64,000 bases of DNA, taken from the NCBI GenBank assembly GCA_017616785.1, contig JAFZXK010000012.1:32004-96003 (forward strand), in the 5' to 3' direction. The first letter of the stretch is position 1, and every line of letters starts with the position of its first letter. This DNA comes from Alphaproteobacteria bacterium (GTDB taxonomy: Bacteria > Pseudomonadota > Alphaproteobacteria > Rs-D84). The notes under the pieces are model-generated. The model was given only the letters and a program-made list of their open reading frames with translations. It searched no databases and was not told the DNA's origin. Below are positions 56,715 to 64,000 of this stretch, piece after piece. The translations under genes were made by a program, and so were the position numbers.

Positions 56715-58610
56715 ATGGGAAAAGTATTAGGTATCGATTTGGGAACCACAAATTCGGCCATGGCCTTTATGGACGGAAATGACCCGAAAATTATTGAAAA
56801 CGCCGAAGGTGGTCGGACGACCCCGTCGGTTGTTGCAATTACGAATAATGGCGAACAGTTGGTTGGTATTACCGCCAAGAACCAGGCCGTTACAAATCCG
56901 GAAAATACGATATATGAAATTAAGCGTCTTATGGGTTTGCGCTTTGATAGCCCAGAGGTGCGCGAAATTATGAAGCGTGTGCCGTATAAGATTGTCCCGG
57001 GTGACAATGGTGATGCGTGGGTTGAAATTGATGGCAAAAAATACGCCCCGTCGCAGATTTCGGCGATGATTCTTAGCAAACTTAAAAAAGACGCCGAAAA
57101 TTACCTTGGCGAAGCGGTAACCGATGCGGTTATTACTGTGCCGGCGTATTTCAATGACTCGCAACGTCAGGCAACCAAAGACGCCGGTCGTATTGCAGGC
57201 TTGAACGTTTTGCGTATTGTGAACGAACCGACCGCGGCCGCGTTGGCGTATGGTTTGGATAAAAACAAAGATGGAACGATTGTGGTCTATGACCTTGGTG
57301 GTGGAACGTTCGATGTGTCGGTCTTGGAAATTGTTGACGGCGTGTTCGAAGTGAAATCAACCAATGGTGATACGGCGCTTGGCGGGTCTGATTTTGATGC
57401 GCGCGTGTTGAAATATCTGATTGATGAATTCAAATCGCAAACTGGCATTGATTTGTCGAACGACAAATTGGCGTTGCAGCGGTTAAAGGAAGCCGCCGAA
57501 AAGGCAAAAATTGAACTTTCGTCCAAGATGTCGACCGAAATCAACCTGCCCTTTCTTACGGCGGATGCGTCGGGCCCAAAACATTTCAATATAACACTGA
57601 CACGTGCAAAGTTGGAATCTTTGGTTGATGATTTGATTCAGCGCACAATTGAACCTTGCAAAAAGGCGTTGAAAGACGCGGGTATCGAAAAATCGCAAAT
57701 CAACGAGGTTATCTTGGTTGGTGGTCAAACCCGTATGCCCAAAGTTGTGGAAACGGTCAAGGAATTCTTTGGTCGTGAACCGCACAAGGGTGTGAACCCG
57801 GACGAAGTGGTTGCACTGGGTGCCGCGATTCAAGGGGGCGTGTTAAAGGGCGATGTCAAAGATGTATTACTTTTGGATGTTACGCCATTGTCACTTGGAA
57901 TTGAAACATTGGGCGGTGTGTTCACGCGTCTTATTGACCGCAATACAACGATTCCGACCAAAAAGTCCCAGGTGTTCAGTACCGCCGAAGATAATCAATC
58001 GGCCGTAACTATTCGCGTATTCCAAGGTGAACGCGATATGGCGGCGGATAATAAATTGCTTGGTCAATTTAATTTGGAAGGTATCGCGCCGGCGCCGCGT
58101 GGCATGCCACAAATCGAAGTGTCTTTTGATATCGATGCGAACGGCATTGTTCATGTGTCGGCCAAAGATAAAGGTACCGGCAAAGAACAGGCGATTTCGA
58201 TTAAATCTGATGGTGGATTGTCCGAAGACGAAATTAAACGCATGGTTGACGAAGCCGCCGCAAATGCCGACGCGGACAAGAAAAAACGCGAACTGGCCGA
58301 GGCCAAGAATAATGCGGAGGCCGCAATCAATATGATTGAAAAGTCGTTAAAAGAACATGGTGATAAAATCGGCGCGGATGATAGGGATGCCATTGAAAAA
58401 GCCAAGAAGGAATTGGCGGACGAATTGGCAAAATCCGACGCAACCGCGGAATCTTTGAAACAAAAGACCGAAGGGTTAACCGAAAAAGCTATGAAACTTG
58501 GCGAAGCGGTGTACAAGGCGCAACAAGAAGCGCAAAATGCCGCGGGCGAAAGTTCGGATAATAACCAATCCGACGGTGCGCGCGATGCGGACTTTTCGGA
58601 AAAGAAGTAA
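56715..58610 (+). CDS. dnaK: molecular chaperone DnaK (Hsp70)
   Basis: 631 aa. [17 protein letters not shown] and the full Hsp70 ATPase and substrate-binding domains. Confidence 0.98.
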   Translation: MGKVLGIDLGTTNSAMAFMDGNDPKIIENAEGGRTTPSVVAITNNGEQLVGITAKNQAVTNPENTIYEIKRLMGLRFDSPEVREIMKRVPYKIVPGDNGDAWVEIDGKKYAPSQISAMILSKLKKDAENYLGEAVTDAVITVPAYFNDSQRQATKDAGRIAGLNVLRIVNEPTAAALAYGLDKNKDGTIVVYDLGGGTFDVSVLEIVDGVFEVKSTNGDTALGGSDFDARVLKYLIDEFKSQTGIDLSNDKLALQRLKEAAEKAKIELSSKMSTEINLPFLTADASGPKHFNITLTRAKLESLVDDLIQRTIEPCKKALKDAGIEKSQINEVILVGGQTRMPKVVETVKEFFGREPHKGVNPDEVVALGAAIQGGVLKGDVKDVLLLDVTPLSLGIETLGGVFTRLIDRNTTIPTKKSQVFSTAEDNQSAVTIRVFQGERDMAADNKLLGQFNLEGIAPAPRGMPQIEVSFDIDANGIVHVSAKDKGTGKEQAISIKSDGGLSEDEIKRMVDEAAANADADKKKRELAEAKNNAEAAINMIEKSLKEHGDKIGADDRDAIEKAKKELADELAKSDATAESLKQKTEGLTEKAMKLGEAVYKAQQEAQNAAGESSDNNQSDGARDADFSEKK

Positions 58611-58642
58611 GTGAGTGGTTAGTGTAGGTGGATAGTGTAAGT

Positions 58643-58666
58643 GAACCCGCCCAAATGGGCGGGTTT
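58643..58666 (+). terminator. intrinsic terminator after dnaK (AACCCGCCCAAATGGGCGGGTTTT)
   Basis: Perfect 8-bp stem plus T run. Preceded by a GTGAGTGGTTAGTGTAGGTGGATAGTGTAAGTG heptamer run. Confidence 0.7.
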
Positions 58667-58738
58667 TATGGTATAAAAGTTAGATACGTTCAATTTGCTT
58701 TTTGAATATAATTGAAAAAAATATTACAACACAAAACC

Positions 58739-58958
58739 CGCGGGAATCCGCGGTTTTTTGTGTTTTGGGGTGGTATAAAAAAACCAAGGTTTTTAGTCAA
58801 CCACTTTTTTCAAAAAATCAAAAATTTTTTTCATAGTAAAAACAATAGATTACAAATTTTGCCATTTCCGCCGTGGTGGTGTAAAAAAAACCTTGGTTTT
58901 TTTATACCACCCCAAAACACAAAAAAACCGCAGATTCCCGCGGGTTGTATCACGAAAT
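58739..58958. mobile_element. MITE-like element: ~62-bp near-perfect inverted repeats flanking an ~85-bp AT-rich core
   Basis: Left arm 58739-58805 is the reverse complement of right arm 58890-58958 with 1-2 mismatches (...cccgcgggaatccgcggttttttgtgttttggggtggtataaaaaaaccaaggttttt). No ORF. Each arm contains a CCGCGG-centred hairpin. Confidence 0.55.
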
Positions 58959-59076
58959 TCTTTTTTAAATTATGTCGGGAAAAACAAGCCGGGCGCTTTC
59001 GCGCCCGCTGTCGCGGCTCCGCTTTGCGGAGACGGATAGCCCCCGTCCACCGAAGCCCAACGGGCGAAGGCGGAAC

Positions 59077-59844
59077 TTACACTAACACTGCCCCATACAA
59101 GACCGCAAAAAAGAAACAAACACTGCCGCCGATTACGAACAAATGCCAAATCGCATGCGAAAATTTCATACGGCGCCAAAGATAAAAAATAACCCCAATT
59201 GAATACGACAATCCGCCCGCCAAAATAAACCACAATCCCCGCGCCGGCACATACCGCAACATCGCCGGCAAAATGAACACCAATGTCCACCCCATAATCA
59301 AATAAAGCGCGACAACCCACTTTGGCTGTTGCCGCGGATTACGAATTTTGACTATCGCGCCCCAAATCACAATCGCCCACAAAATGCCAAATACCGTCCA
59401 ACCCAAACCGCCCCGCAAATTCACCAACAAAAACGGCGTGTATGTGCCGGCAATCAACGCATAGATGGCGACACTGTCCCAGACCTCGAAAAAACATTCG
59501 CTTTTGCGACCAATTGTTATGTGGCACATTGTCGAACCGAAATAAAGCGTGAACATTGTCGCGCCAAAAATTGCACACGACACCACCGACCAAACATTTC
59601 CATAAATCGCCGCAAAAACGACCAAAAGTGTCAAACCCGCAATGGCAAGTCCGATACCGATTCCATGTGTCAGAACATTTAATAATTCTTCGCCGCGTGT
59701 TGACCGCCGTTCCCACCGAAAAAGTCCCGTCGCACGCAGGCACCGCAACAACCGCGACGCATGCCGGTCGCCACGAACCTGTTTTAATCGCGTTCTAACA
59801 ACTTTACGATTTTTTGTCATCGGCACCCGCCATTTCAAATTCAC
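59077..59844 (-). CDS. hemolysin-III / PAQR family channel protein
   Basis: 255 aa with 7 TM segments and motif EELLNVLTHGIGIGLAIAGL, typical of the HlyIII family. The start is probably the internal Met at 59820. Confidence 0.8.
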   Translation of the reverse strand: MNLKWRVPMTKNRKVVRTRLKQVRGDRHASRLLRCLRATGLFRWERRSTRGEELLNVLTHGIGIGLAIAGLTLLVVFAAIYGNVWSVVSCAIFGATMFTLYFGSTMCHITIGRKSECFFEVWDSVAIYALIAGTYTPFLLVNLRGGLGWTVFGILWAIVIWGAIVKIRNPRQQPKWVVALYLIMGWTLVFILPAMLRYVPARGLWFILAGGLSYSIGVIFYLWRRMKFSHAIWHLFVIGGSVCFFFAVLYGAVLV

Positions 59845-60511
59845 AAAGTTTTATCGGTTCAATTTTCACATCGGAAAAATCGCCCCGCATATTTTTGATT
59901 TTCGTTATATATTCCGGCTTTCCCATCATATCTTCCAACACAAGACGTTGATTTACAAAATGCGTGCCACCAAATATAACAAAAACGGTATCCCATTTAT
60001 TCAAAGCCACCACAATATTTTGCAACATAAATCTATCCCTCTGTCGCAGCAACCAAATATACTGTTCATGTTGTTGTTCCGTGTGGTCTTTCGGCATTAA
60101 AATATTATGCAAATCGGAATCAACAATCTGGTTGTTTGGAAAACGACTATTTACAACATCCATCATTTGCTCTCTTGATAAATCTATAAAAACAAGCGGA
60201 ATATTCTTTTTCGCCGCGACCCCTGCCGCATGTGTAAGATCACTGTCTTGGTACCCATGCGGAGAAAATTTACGTTCAAACCCAACGTTTTCCATTTCGC
60301 ACAATAAAACATCCGGTTTTATCGGAAAATCATCAGAAAGACACATCTCTGACATATCAAAAGCTATATTTGCTCTGTGGTCATCACACATACAAACCAA
60401 CGTTTTATTTTCCCGATGAAAAATCGCGATACATAAACGATCCCCAGTAATATTTATCAACTCTTTGGAATTTACTGTGCGCAACAAATCAAAATTTGGT
60501 TTAAATTGCAT
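59804..60511 (-). CDS. hypothetical protein, possibly TraB/GumN-family-like (tentative)
   Basis: 235 aa. C-terminal VFVIFGGTHFVNQ resembles the TraB/GumN 'G[AT]xHL' region. Overlaps gltX by 11 nt and the HlyIII gene start. Confidence 0.55.
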   Translation of the reverse strand: MQFKPNFDLLRTVNSKELINITGDRLCIAIFHRENKTLVCMCDDHRANIAFDMSEMCLSDDFPIKPDVLLCEMENVGFERKFSPHGYQDSDLTHAAGVAAKKNIPLVFIDLSREQMMDVVNSRFPNNQIVDSDLHNILMPKDHTEQQHEQYIWLLRQRDRFMLQNIVVALNKWDTVFVIFGGTHFVNQRLVLEDMMGKPEYITKIKNMRGDFSDVKIEPIKLCEFEMAGADDKKS

Positions 60512-61961
60512 TTTTAATCCTTTTAATTACCCTATCCTTGCCCATGACTTGCATTATGGAATAAAGGTCCGGCGTATTTGTGCGACCCGAAAGCGCGACA
60601 CGCAAATCCATCGCAACATCGCCGTTTTTAACACCAAATTTTTCGGCAATCGCGACGATTTTATTCCACCAAATATCTTTGTCATCGGCAATATCAAAGG
60701 TTTCCAAAAACGCCCGCAACACGTCCGCGTTATATTTATATTCGGTATTCGGCACAAACAATTCGTCCCAGAAAAATTCTTCGATTTCAAGTGTCTGTTT
60801 CCAAGTGATAAAATCTTTGCGAATACGTTTCGGATTATCGCGTTCAATGGACAACACCGCGGTCAGATATTCGGTGTCACGAACCTGCATTTTTTGTTTT
60901 TCATCGCCATATTCATTTGCCCAAATGGTAACGGACTTTACCAAATCCGGAACCGTCATCGCGCCGATGTATTCTTTGGCCCACCATTCCAATTTCTTCA
61001 TATCAAACAGCGCACCCGACATTGGAATTTTTTTCGGCCGCATTTCATATTCCCAGAAATTTTTAACCGCACCTTTTAACTTCGCCTCTTCATACCCCGA
61101 CGCCAATATGTTGCCAAGGTATTCCATCACCGATTCCACCGGCCAACCATCAACCAAGAAAAATTCCACATTAGCTTCTGGGTCTTTACGTTTTGACAAC
61201 TTTCTTTGTTTGCCCGTTTCCACATCGATTTTATCAAGTGTCGCCGTATGGATATACATCGGCGGCGTCCATTCCATCATACGAAACAACTGATAGTGCA
61301 TAGGCAGCGACGGCAACCATTCTTCGCCACGCACAACATGCGTTGTCCGCATAAAATGGTCATCGACCAAGTGCGCAAAATGATATGTCGGCAAACCATC
61401 ATTTGATTTTATCAAAACCAAATCTTCATTACTTTCTGGAAACCCAATTGACCCACGCACCGCATCTTTACAGAAAATGCGTTTGCCGGGGTCGCCCGTC
61501 GAATACAGCCGAATCGTCGGCACTTCGCCATTATCCAAATGACGAATAATTTCATCAGGCGTTATATCGCGGTCGCGGGCGAATTCGCCGTATACGCCGG
61601 TTCCAAAGCCCGCCGCCGTTTGTTCGGCACGTATTTTTTCCAAATCATTTGCGGTCAAAAAGCATGGATATGCACGTCCAGTCCGCAATAATTCCGCCGC
61701 AACCGAATGATAAATATCGCGTCGCTGCGATTGATAATATGGGCCATATTTTTCATCGTTATTATATTTCAAACCAAAGTCACTCATCGCCCTTTTAACA
61801 ACATCGACGGCACCGGACACTTCGCGCTTGGTATCCGTATCTTCGATACGCAACATAAACACCCCACCCGATTGCGACGCCAATTTATAATCAATCAACG
61901 CACCATACAAATTTCCAATATGCATAAAGCCCGTCGGACTTGGTGCGAAACGCGTCACCAT
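60501..61961 (-). CDS. gltX: glutamate--tRNA ligase (ORF extends to 62105; canonical start MVTRFAPSPTGFMHIGN at 61961)
   Basis: HIGH motif (FMHIGN), KMSKS variant KLSKRK, and a class I GluRS catalytic domain plus anticodon-binding domain. The 48-codon upstream extension is of uncertain reality. Confidence 0.93.
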   Translation of the reverse strand: MVTRFAPSPTGFMHIGNLYGALIDYKLASQSGGVFMLRIEDTDTKREVSGAVDVVKRAMSDFGLKYNNDEKYGPYYQSQRRDIYHSVAAELLRTGRAYPCFLTANDLEKIRAEQTAAGFGTGVYGEFARDRDITPDEIIRHLDNGEVPTIRLYSTGDPGKRIFCKDAVRGSIGFPESNEDLVLIKSNDGLPTYHFAHLVDDHFMRTTHVVRGEEWLPSLPMHYQLFRMMEWTPPMYIHTATLDKIDVETGKQRKLSKRKDPEANVEFFLVDGWPVESVMEYLGNILASGYEEAKLKGAVKNFWEYEMRPKKIPMSGALFDMKKLEWWAKEYIGAMTVPDLVKSVTIWANEYGDEKQKMQVRDTEYLTAVLSIERDNPKRIRKDFITWKQTLEIEEFFWDELFVPNTEYKYNADVLRAFLETFDIADDKDIWWNKIVAIAEKFGVKNGDVAMDLRVALSGRTNTPDLYSIMQVMGKDRVIKRIKNAI

Positions 61962-62119
61962 CGCGCCATCGGGCAAATTGCGCGGCGGGAATTTTTCCTC
62001 TAATTCCGCCAAAGTATATTTCGGTGCGGCGCCCAAAACGCGTGCGATTAAATCTTCGGTCAAACCTGTCCTCATATCAAATCCTTGTGTTTTCAATATA
62101 TGCATTTTATACTAATAAT

Positions 62120-62752
62120 ATGGAAAAACAAGAAATAAGAACTTTCGGTCGCCGCCATGGCAAAAAATTATCGACCCGCCAAAAATCGCTGGTGCGCAAC
62201 GTGTTACCGGGCATTGCGCCAACCGAATCGGAACAAATCAACATCCTTGAAATCGGATTCGGCGCCGGTGAACACCTGCGTGAACTTGCGGTTGCGAACC
62301 CGGAAAAAACTATTTTGGGCGCCGAACCATTTGTGAATGGTGTTGCGTCTTTACTTTCCGCAATTACAAATGAAAGCAATCAAATTTTACCAGAATTCCG
62401 CCGTATACGCGTTTTTCCGGACGATGTTCGTTTGATATTAAACGCGCGCGAATTTAACTTTGCCGAAATATGGATTTTGCACCCTGACCCATGGTCCAAG
62501 GCACGACATGAAAAGCGACGATTATTAAACGCGGATTTCCTTGACCTGTTATCAAAACATTTGGCGCAAAATGGCAAAATAATTATCGGCACAGACCATT
62601 GGGAATACTATGATTGGATTATGAATCAAATTCCAAACACGAATCTTCGCCAAACCGATTCGGCGCATGATATTGTTAAAACAAGGTATCAAAAAAAGAA
62701 TATGGCGCACACCGCCGAACCAAAATATATTATTCTGACGCACGCGGCATAG
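62120..62752 (+). CDS. trmB: tRNA (guanine46-N7)-methyltransferase TrmB (ORF from 61940; ATG 62120 preferred)
   Basis: N-terminus ...RTFGRRHGKKL, motif LEIGFGAGEHL, and the FPDPWSKARHEKRR motif. Confidence 0.9.
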   Translation: MEKQEIRTFGRRHGKKLSTRQKSLVRNVLPGIAPTESEQINILEIGFGAGEHLRELAVANPEKTILGAEPFVNGVASLLSAITNESNQILPEFRRIRVFPDDVRLILNAREFNFAEIWILHPDPWSKARHEKRRLLNADFLDLLSKHLAQNGKIIIGTDHWEYYDWIMNQIPNTNLRQTDSAHDIVKTRYQKKNMAHTAEPKYIILTHAA

Positions 62753-63428
62753 CATTTACAAACACGCGCATATTTTGAACTAAATCCGGCTTTATCTTTT
62801 GACAAAGGCGTAAAACCTGACTTACACGGAACATATTTTTTCCAAACCACACATGCAAATCGGAATCTAGATTCCAATTATTCAACATATCAAACACCAA
62901 ACCAACAAAGTCCGAATTCGCATCAAACGAATCGCCCTTTGCCGTTATCAAAATTTCATCAGGACGAATTTCACGCAACGCGTCAAAAAACGCATTCCAA
63001 CTTTGTCCGCGCATTTCATCAATATCAATTGCAACCGAAAAATTTTTATCAAAAAACAAATCTTGGCGAACGGGCTTCATCGCATCACAAAATTGCGCGA
63101 TATCAGAAAAATGGACAAAAACCTGGGCCCCAACGGCACCCGATTTGAATGATTCAGTAACAGATTTTGCCAAGCCAGAAATAACATCAATAACATCCGA
63201 ACCCTTGGCAATTGAAAAATCAAAACGATTTACAATTTTTATATTATTCTTTTCCACCCACGGCCAAATTTCACCAGTCGCCACACATGGCACAGATATC
63301 AACGACACACCCGATTCCAACACCACATCCGTCGCCACCGCCAAATCAGACATATCAGTTTTAGAGTCCGGTATCCACCAAGCGCGCATTTCTGTTATAT
63401 CATCAAAAATGTAATTCAAATTCATCAT
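62730..63428 (-). CDS. hypothetical protein (ORF extends to 63524; start at 63428 or 63425 likely)
   Basis: Clean 230-264-aa ORF convergent with trmB (23-nt overlap). The longer start would overlap the divergent downstream gene. No family recognised. Confidence 0.5.
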   Translation of the reverse strand: MMNLNYIFDDITEMRAWWIPDSKTDMSDLAVATDVVLESGVSLISVPCVATGEIWPWVEKNNIKIVNRFDFSIAKGSDVIDVISGLAKSVTESFKSGAVGAQVFVHFSDIAQFCDAMKPVRQDLFFDKNFSVAIDIDEMRGQSWNAFFDALREIRPDEILITAKGDSFDANSDFVGLVFDMLNNWNLDSDLHVWFGKNMFRVSQVLRLCQKIKPDLVQNMRVFVNAMPRASE

Positions 63429-63472
63429 AACACTTTTTACTTTATCACAATTGTGATATAATTTGAATGCTA

Positions 63473-64000
63473 TGAAAAGATTTTTAGATAAATTTTTATT
63501 GGGCATTTTATGGTTACTGTCCATAGCTCTTGTAACAACCCTTTGGATGAATACGAATTATGGCTTTGACATGCTGTCTGCGGCGCATTGGGAATACCTT
63601 GCCACACTTCAGGCACATCGTTCTGAAATCAAGCCGGATTTTTATATTTCACTTATCGGTGCGCTTTTTATCGCGTTGATTGGGCTGTATCTAATCGTCC
63701 GACCGCGAACACGGCATATAAAAATGGAGCAATCATCCGCACCACAAACGAACATTATTATTCAACCGGCACAACCAATTGTTCAAACAACACCAAAAAT
63801 CGAAACACAAAAAACAGAAAAAAAACAAGAACCGGTTTTCACACCGCGTCCGGCACCTGCGATATCATTGACTTCGCGCCCAATGTCCCCAACCGGACTT
63901 CGTCCACCAACCACGGCCCCGGCGGCAACCATACCCACACCACCATTGCAACAGACACCAAAATTTACCCCGCCGAAACCAACCGTTCAAAACACAAATT
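63473..64000 (+). CDS. membrane protein with a Pro/Thr/Gln-rich linker (partial, 3' end outside window)
   Basis: Not in the ORF track because no stop occurs before the window end. ATG at 63473 is preceded by TGTGATATAAT, an extended -10. Two TM helices, then PQTNIIIQPAQPIVQTTPK...PTPPLQQTPKFTPPKP low-complexity region. 176 codons with no stop. Confidence 0.5.

Noticed and set aside
56727-58516. Antisense and alternate-frame ORFs within dnaK (e.g. 56727..57164 -, 58151..58516 -)
   Set aside because: dnaK is unambiguous. The overlapping ORFs are typical shadow ORFs of a highly expressed GC-biased gene.
58712-59185. ORF 58712..59185 (+, 157 aa) downstream of dnaK as a candidate dnaJ fragment or small protein
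   Set aside because: It spans the MITE-like inverted repeat and GC-rich hairpins. The translation (FFVFWGG...KKPRFLVNHFF) is driven by homopolymer tracts. No J-domain HPD motif.
60465-61293. Plus-strand ORFs 60465..61079 and 60580..61293 antisense to gltX; 59329..59682 (+), 59339..59743 (-), 59556..59798 (+) and 59642..60100 (+) over the HlyIII and TraB-like genes
   Set aside because: They overlap confidently assigned genes on the opposite strand or in another frame. They are low-complexity and lack RBS.
1-64000. Alternative genetic code (e.g. TGA reassigned), prompted by the very long ORF
   Set aside because: TGA terminates the 762-aa gene at 38872-38874. TAA and TAG terminate the other genes. 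TGG is used normally for Trp. All housekeeping proteins translate to full length with code 11.

Overview
The window carries housekeeping genes with alphaproteobacterial-type synteny: ruvB-ybgC-tolQ-tolR-tolA, secA, dnaE-rsmH, gpmI, tadA/rsmD, rplY, dnaK, gltX/trmB. It also holds an RNase P RNA gene (rnpB) on the minus strand that the ORF track fragments into spurious ORFs. Two features stand out. The first is a single 22.7 kb gene (4947..27659) for a 7570-aa signal-peptide-bearing repeat protein. It is built from Listeria/Bacteroides-type 'Flg_new'-like repeats, two blocks of BspA/DUF285-like leucine-rich repeats, and large internal module duplications. The second is a tightly packed operon (~36.5-51.7 kb) behind a consensus sigma70 promoter. 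It encodes four consecutive large secreted Cys-rich or fibrous repeat proteins of 762, 1846, 1574 and 829 aa. Two of them are paralogous: they share the N-terminal domain and the same ~95-aa Cys repeat unit. Several carry collagen-like GXY tracts and tail-fibre-like termini. No phage structural genes, secretion genes or defence genes accompany them. Intergenic DNA is populated by one species-specific repeat family. Its parts are GTTAGTG heptamer runs that place stop codons in all three frames directly after gene ends, GC-rich CCCCTTCGCC/GGCGAAGGGG hairpin clusters, a 49-bp dispersed element, and a ~220-bp MITE-like inverted-repeat element sitting where dnaJ would normally follow dnaK. The genetic code appears standard (TGA, TAA and TAG all terminate long ORFs). 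Overall GC is moderate (~40-45% by eye).
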